Source: Candidatus Levyibacteriota bacterium (GTDB lineage Bacteria > Patescibacteriota > Microgenomatia > Levybacterales > UBA12049). Taken from it: a stretch of 64,000 nt of DNA. Below, in pieces: positions 61,069 through 64,000 of this stretch. The stretch spans positions 15,138-79,137 of the forward strand of contig DAHWUP010000004.1 in assembly GCA_027334565.1 (NCBI GenBank), in the 5' to 3' direction. The translations under genes and the position numbers were made by a program. How positions within the stretch are numbered: the first letter of the stretch is position 1; every line of letters begins with the position of its first letter. The notes under the pieces were generated by a model. The model worked only from the letters and a program-made list of their open reading frames with translations. It was not told the origin of the DNA and ran no database searches.

Positions 61069-62346
61069 TTATAGTCCCTTGCGGGTCAGAAGGAAAATAA
61101 GGCCGCCGACAACGGTGATCAATAGGCCTATGATTATGGCAGTGATTACCGATCCGTTCATGTTTTTAATTGAAAAAGGATTTGTTGAAGTCGGCGTTAA
61201 CAGGTTGCCGGGTTTTTCTCCCGTAGTAACAGCGACCGCTTTGGTTGGCGAGGCTTGAGGTGGAGTGATCGTAAAATTTTGAGTGACCGTTTTTGTTGTT
61301 CCCGCTGCATCTTTGGCAGTTACGATGATAGTATGGTTTCCTGTGGTCAGCGGGACCGTAGGCTGATAACTCCAATTTCCATTTTGATCCGATATGACTG
61401 TGGTTTCAATTTGTTGCGTGGAGTGAATAATTATATGCACGCTGGTGTTAGGAGCCGCCTTTCCATAAATTATCGGTTCTTGACTTGAAAATGTCTGGCC
61501 CGTGCCCAGGTTTAACAATTGTCCTCCTGTTGTTTGCGGTGTAGATACGTTATTTAAAACGGGAAAGCTTTCCGAAGCTTCCGGAAAACCGGTGGTTTTA
61601 GCGGAACTTTCTCTAAAATCATAGTTGTTGGATAAGGTAATCACCGGTATCTTCATCCCCGGCGAAAAGCTAAATCTAACTTCCGAACTTAAAGAATTTC
61701 CAAGTATTAACATTTGCATTTCGGGTTTGTTTGATAAATCGGCCAGTTTGGACAAATTTGCGGATAATAAATGATTTAAATTAAGTTGGTAAATTCCGTT
61801 ATTTGGCACAAGGAAAGATAGGGTTTGTGAATTATTGGATGTAAGATAAATAATCGCTTCGCTTGGTGGATTGGCGTTTGGGAGTATTACTTTACCGGAT
61901 ATCTCATTAATGGTGGGAGAGAACGGTACCGAAGGTGCGGTCGTAACCTCGAAATTTCGACTGTCGTTAAGATAGATGTTGGAATCGCTGACTATCCGAA
62001 AGTAGTACTTGGTTGAAGGACTAAGGTTTTTTAACGTGAAACTGTGGTCTAAATGATTTTGTAGTTTCTGAGAGACATCTCTTTCATCAAATTCGCTTTG
62101 CCCTAAATCACCCGTCGATCCGTATTCGATATATCCGCTGGCCGGTATATAGGTGATATATGAGATCGTGAAAGAATCCTCCGATATATTTGTGATCCTA
62201 ACTTCCTGCGGTTGCGCCGTTTCGTTTGCCCCGACCCTAAAAAGCGTTTGTTTATCGGTTAAAAAAGTGGTGACACTCAAACCAATAATTATAATTACAA
62301 CACCCAGCAGTGAAGGTATTTTTTTATCCCAAAGTTTTTGTCGCAT
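61069..62346 (-). CDS. exported protein with C-terminal TM anchor (pilus-locus associated)
   Basis: N-terminal TM/signal, Ig/FN3-like beta-rich middle, C-terminal hydrophobic helix plus RKGL. Confidence 0.4.
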   Translation of the reverse strand: MRQKLWDKKIPSLLGVVIIIIGLSVTTFLTDKQTLFRVGANETAQPQEVRITNISEDSFTISYITYIPASGYIEYGSTGDLGQSEFDERDVSQKLQNHLDHSFTLKNLSPSTKYYFRIVSDSNIYLNDSRNFEVTTAPSVPFSPTINEISGKVILPNANPPSEAIIYLTSNNSQTLSFLVPNNGIYQLNLNHLLSANLSKLADLSNKPEMQMLILGNSLSSEVRFSFSPGMKIPVITLSNNYDFRESSAKTTGFPEASESFPVLNNVSTPQTTGGQLLNLGTGQTFSSQEPIIYGKAAPNTSVHIIIHSTQQIETTVISDQNGNWSYQPTVPLTTGNHTIIVTAKDAAGTTKTVTQNFTITPPQASPTKAVAVTTGEKPGNLLTPTSTNPFSIKNMNGSVITAIIIGLLITVVGGLIFLLTRKGL

Positions 62347-62657
62347 TATTTGACATTTCCTCCTGTCGTAGCTTGGTTTGATAGCCCCGGATTAAGATTT
62401 AAACTTTGCGCGCCCGGAATTGGAGCGGGTGAAGGATTAACGGGCCCCACGTTGATAAAAACGGGCTTAACGTTAACTCGTTGTTTCAACAAAGAAATAG
62501 TTTTCGTGTCAAAATTCGGATCGATCGGTGTGATTTTATTTAATTGTTGCTCGGTTATGGTGGGCGTTACCGCGCTATGGTAAATGTTAAAGCCTATCCA
62601 TGCGAAAACGAAGATAAGGGTCGGGATCAGGATAACTAAAATATCTTGTTTTTTCAT
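62346..62657 (-). CDS. small single-TM protein (possible PilP-like pilus assembly component)
   Basis: 103 aa; N-terminal TM; Pro-rich tail; sits between pilO and the exported protein. Confidence 0.3.
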   Translation of the reverse strand: MKKQDILVILIPTLIFVFAWIGFNIYHSAVTPTITEQQLNKITPIDPNFDTKTISLLKQRVNVKPVFINVGPVNPSPAPIPGAQSLNLNPGLSNQATTGGNVK

Positions 62658-62660
62658 AAT

Positions 62661-63329
62661 TTATGGTTGATAATATGCGTTTCCGCTTACATTGCATTGT
62701 AGTATTTCGTTGTTGGTATTTGAAGCAGAATATGCAGATCCGATGTTCAATTTCACCTTGACGAAGGAGATTGAGTTAACGGTAAGAATCCGTTGGAAAT
62801 TCAAAATTTCATTTATAACATTTAACATGGTTTGATAATCGCCCTCCATGGAAACGTCATATTCAAATGCGGAATATTTTTTACCTGCTAATAAATCTTT
62901 TGAGAGGTCCACGTTGACCGTCTGTAAATTGGTCAGCTTGACCGCACTTTCGGAGGCTACGATGGTTTGAAGAGTGGCGGTAAGGGTCGCAACCTGTGGT
63001 GTTCTGGGAACGGCATCGTATACGAACGGCAAGTCGTTTTGCATATTTTTATATTCCTGTTCCAGGGCGGAAAGATCAGTAATCTTTTGCTGGAGTTGGG
63101 CTTCATAGTTTTTATCATCATCCAGCTGTTTCTGCAAGCCCGCGATGGTAGTGAGTGTCGGATTTATCGCAAATATCCCTAAAATAATTGACGCTACGAT
63201 GGTAAGGACCGAGGTTAATAATTTGGAACTCTTCTCGGACTTAAAATCGGGCAACAGCTCTTTATATTTCTCGTATCTGTCCTGCTTTACGCTTTTGAGT
63301 ATGATATCCTCGATTCCTTGAAATTTCAT
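62661..63329 (-). CDS. type IV pilus assembly protein PilO-like
   Basis: N-terminal TM then coiled coil (LQKQLDDDKNYEAQLQQKITDL) and C-terminal ferredoxin-like domain; directly follows the pilN-like gene. Confidence 0.55.
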   Translation of the reverse strand: MKFQGIEDIILKSVKQDRYEKYKELLPDFKSEKSSKLLTSVLTIVASIILGIFAINPTLTTIAGLQKQLDDDKNYEAQLQQKITDLSALEQEYKNMQNDLPFVYDAVPRTPQVATLTATLQTIVASESAVKLTNLQTVNVDLSKDLLAGKKYSAFEYDVSMEGDYQTMLNVINEILNFQRILTVNSISFVKVKLNIGSAYSASNTNNEILQCNVSGNAYYQP

Positions 63330-63877
63330 AATTGTCCACCTCCGTTTTTTAAGTTCACCGTAAGATCGACTTCTATGGTTGCGGTATCCGGATGATTATT
63401 GATAAGGTCTATGCTTATCGAATCCGTGAGAGGATATGATTTCAATGAATTTATAAAAACGCTAAGGGGAAATACGGACGTGGTATTTAGCTGGATTATG
63501 AATTGTTGCTTGGAATAAGTAAAATTGATAAAGCTGATGCCGGGAGTAGCTAAAGCGATAACGTCTTTGACCATTTTGGCTTTTGCTTTCCCCTGGTTTA
63601 CTGTCGAAGTTTCCAATGTCAGCCTGTTTTGTAAATTTCTGAAGGTCGCTTCCTGTTTTTGCTGGGTATTAAGATAGGCCTGTTCGGCGATAATTTTAGA
63701 ATTTAAGTCTCTTAATTGGTTGTCCAGGATAAATCTATAGATAAACGCCGACAGTGCGACCAGCTCGACGACGATGATCAGTAACCTTCCGATGGTAAGT
63801 GCCCAGTTAATGACCTGATTCGCCAATTCGTTGCTATTGGTTTTAATCAAATTAATGGATGCGGGGCCTTTTGCCAT
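63326..63877 (-). CDS. type IV pilus assembly protein PilN-like
   Basis: Short cytoplasmic N-terminus (INLI motif), one TM, periplasmic coiled coil. Confidence 0.55.
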   Translation of the reverse strand: MAKGPASINLIKTNSNELANQVINWALTIGRLLIIVVELVALSAFIYRFILDNQLRDLNSKIIAEQAYLNTQQKQEATFRNLQNRLTLETSTVNQGKAKAKMVKDVIALATPGISFINFTYSKQQFIIQLNTTSVFPLSVFINSLKSYPLTDSISIDLINNHPDTATIEVDLTVNLKNGGGQL

Positions 63878-63952
63878 AGTAAGTCTAGTCTAAGGTTTTT
63901 TAGCCTCTTTGTCAAAGCCAAAATAGGTCAAATACGAAGCAATAATACCCGA

Positions 63953-64000
63953 TTATTTATGTAAGGATTTCTTTTTTGCGACGGGTCCCTTTGCGCCGAT
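63953..64000 (-). CDS. 3' end of upstream gene running off the window (possibly pilM)
   Basis: Open frame ending ..IGAKGPVAKKKSLHK* with stop at 63953; identity cannot be assigned from 16 residues. Confidence 0.2.
   Translation of the reverse strand: MGAKGPVAKKKSLHK

Overview
This 64 kb window looks like a compact chromosomal region of a small-genome, low-GC bacterium. That placement is an inference from gene content: tandem PBP1A paralogs, FemAB, LCP, GT-C mannosyltransferase-like proteins, PilN/PilO, NrdR plus class II RNR, Ni-SOD, and many short overlapping genes. It resembles CPR/Patescibacteria or Gram-positive-like organisms. Most of the window is housekeeping: smpB-ssrA, rpiB-rpe, pgk/gapA/tpiA, murI-murD-tgt-trpS-ftsH, uvrD, msrA and nrdR-nrdJ-pduO. 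Five things fall outside that pattern. (1) Two paralogous HTH/LAGLIDADG-like ORFs each sit directly against tRNA genes, with their 3' ends overlapping the tRNA 5' end by about 20 nt. (2) A group I intron-like ribozyme core with textbook R and S elements lies next to the second of these ORFs, but no host exon is recognisable. (3) This neighbourhood also holds tRNA-Ile(UAU), a tyrosine recombinase and tRNA-Met. (4) A cobalamin-riboswitch-like leader with an SD-sequestering terminator hairpin sits directly after the B12 genes nrdJ and pduO, upstream of an uncharacterised operon that ends in a VirB4/TraC-like membrane ATPase. (5) A tRNA with Ser identity features reads by hand-fold as anticodon ACU. 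No CRISPR array, rRNA or reverse transcriptase was seen. All calls come from reading the sequence and the ORF translations; no searches were run.
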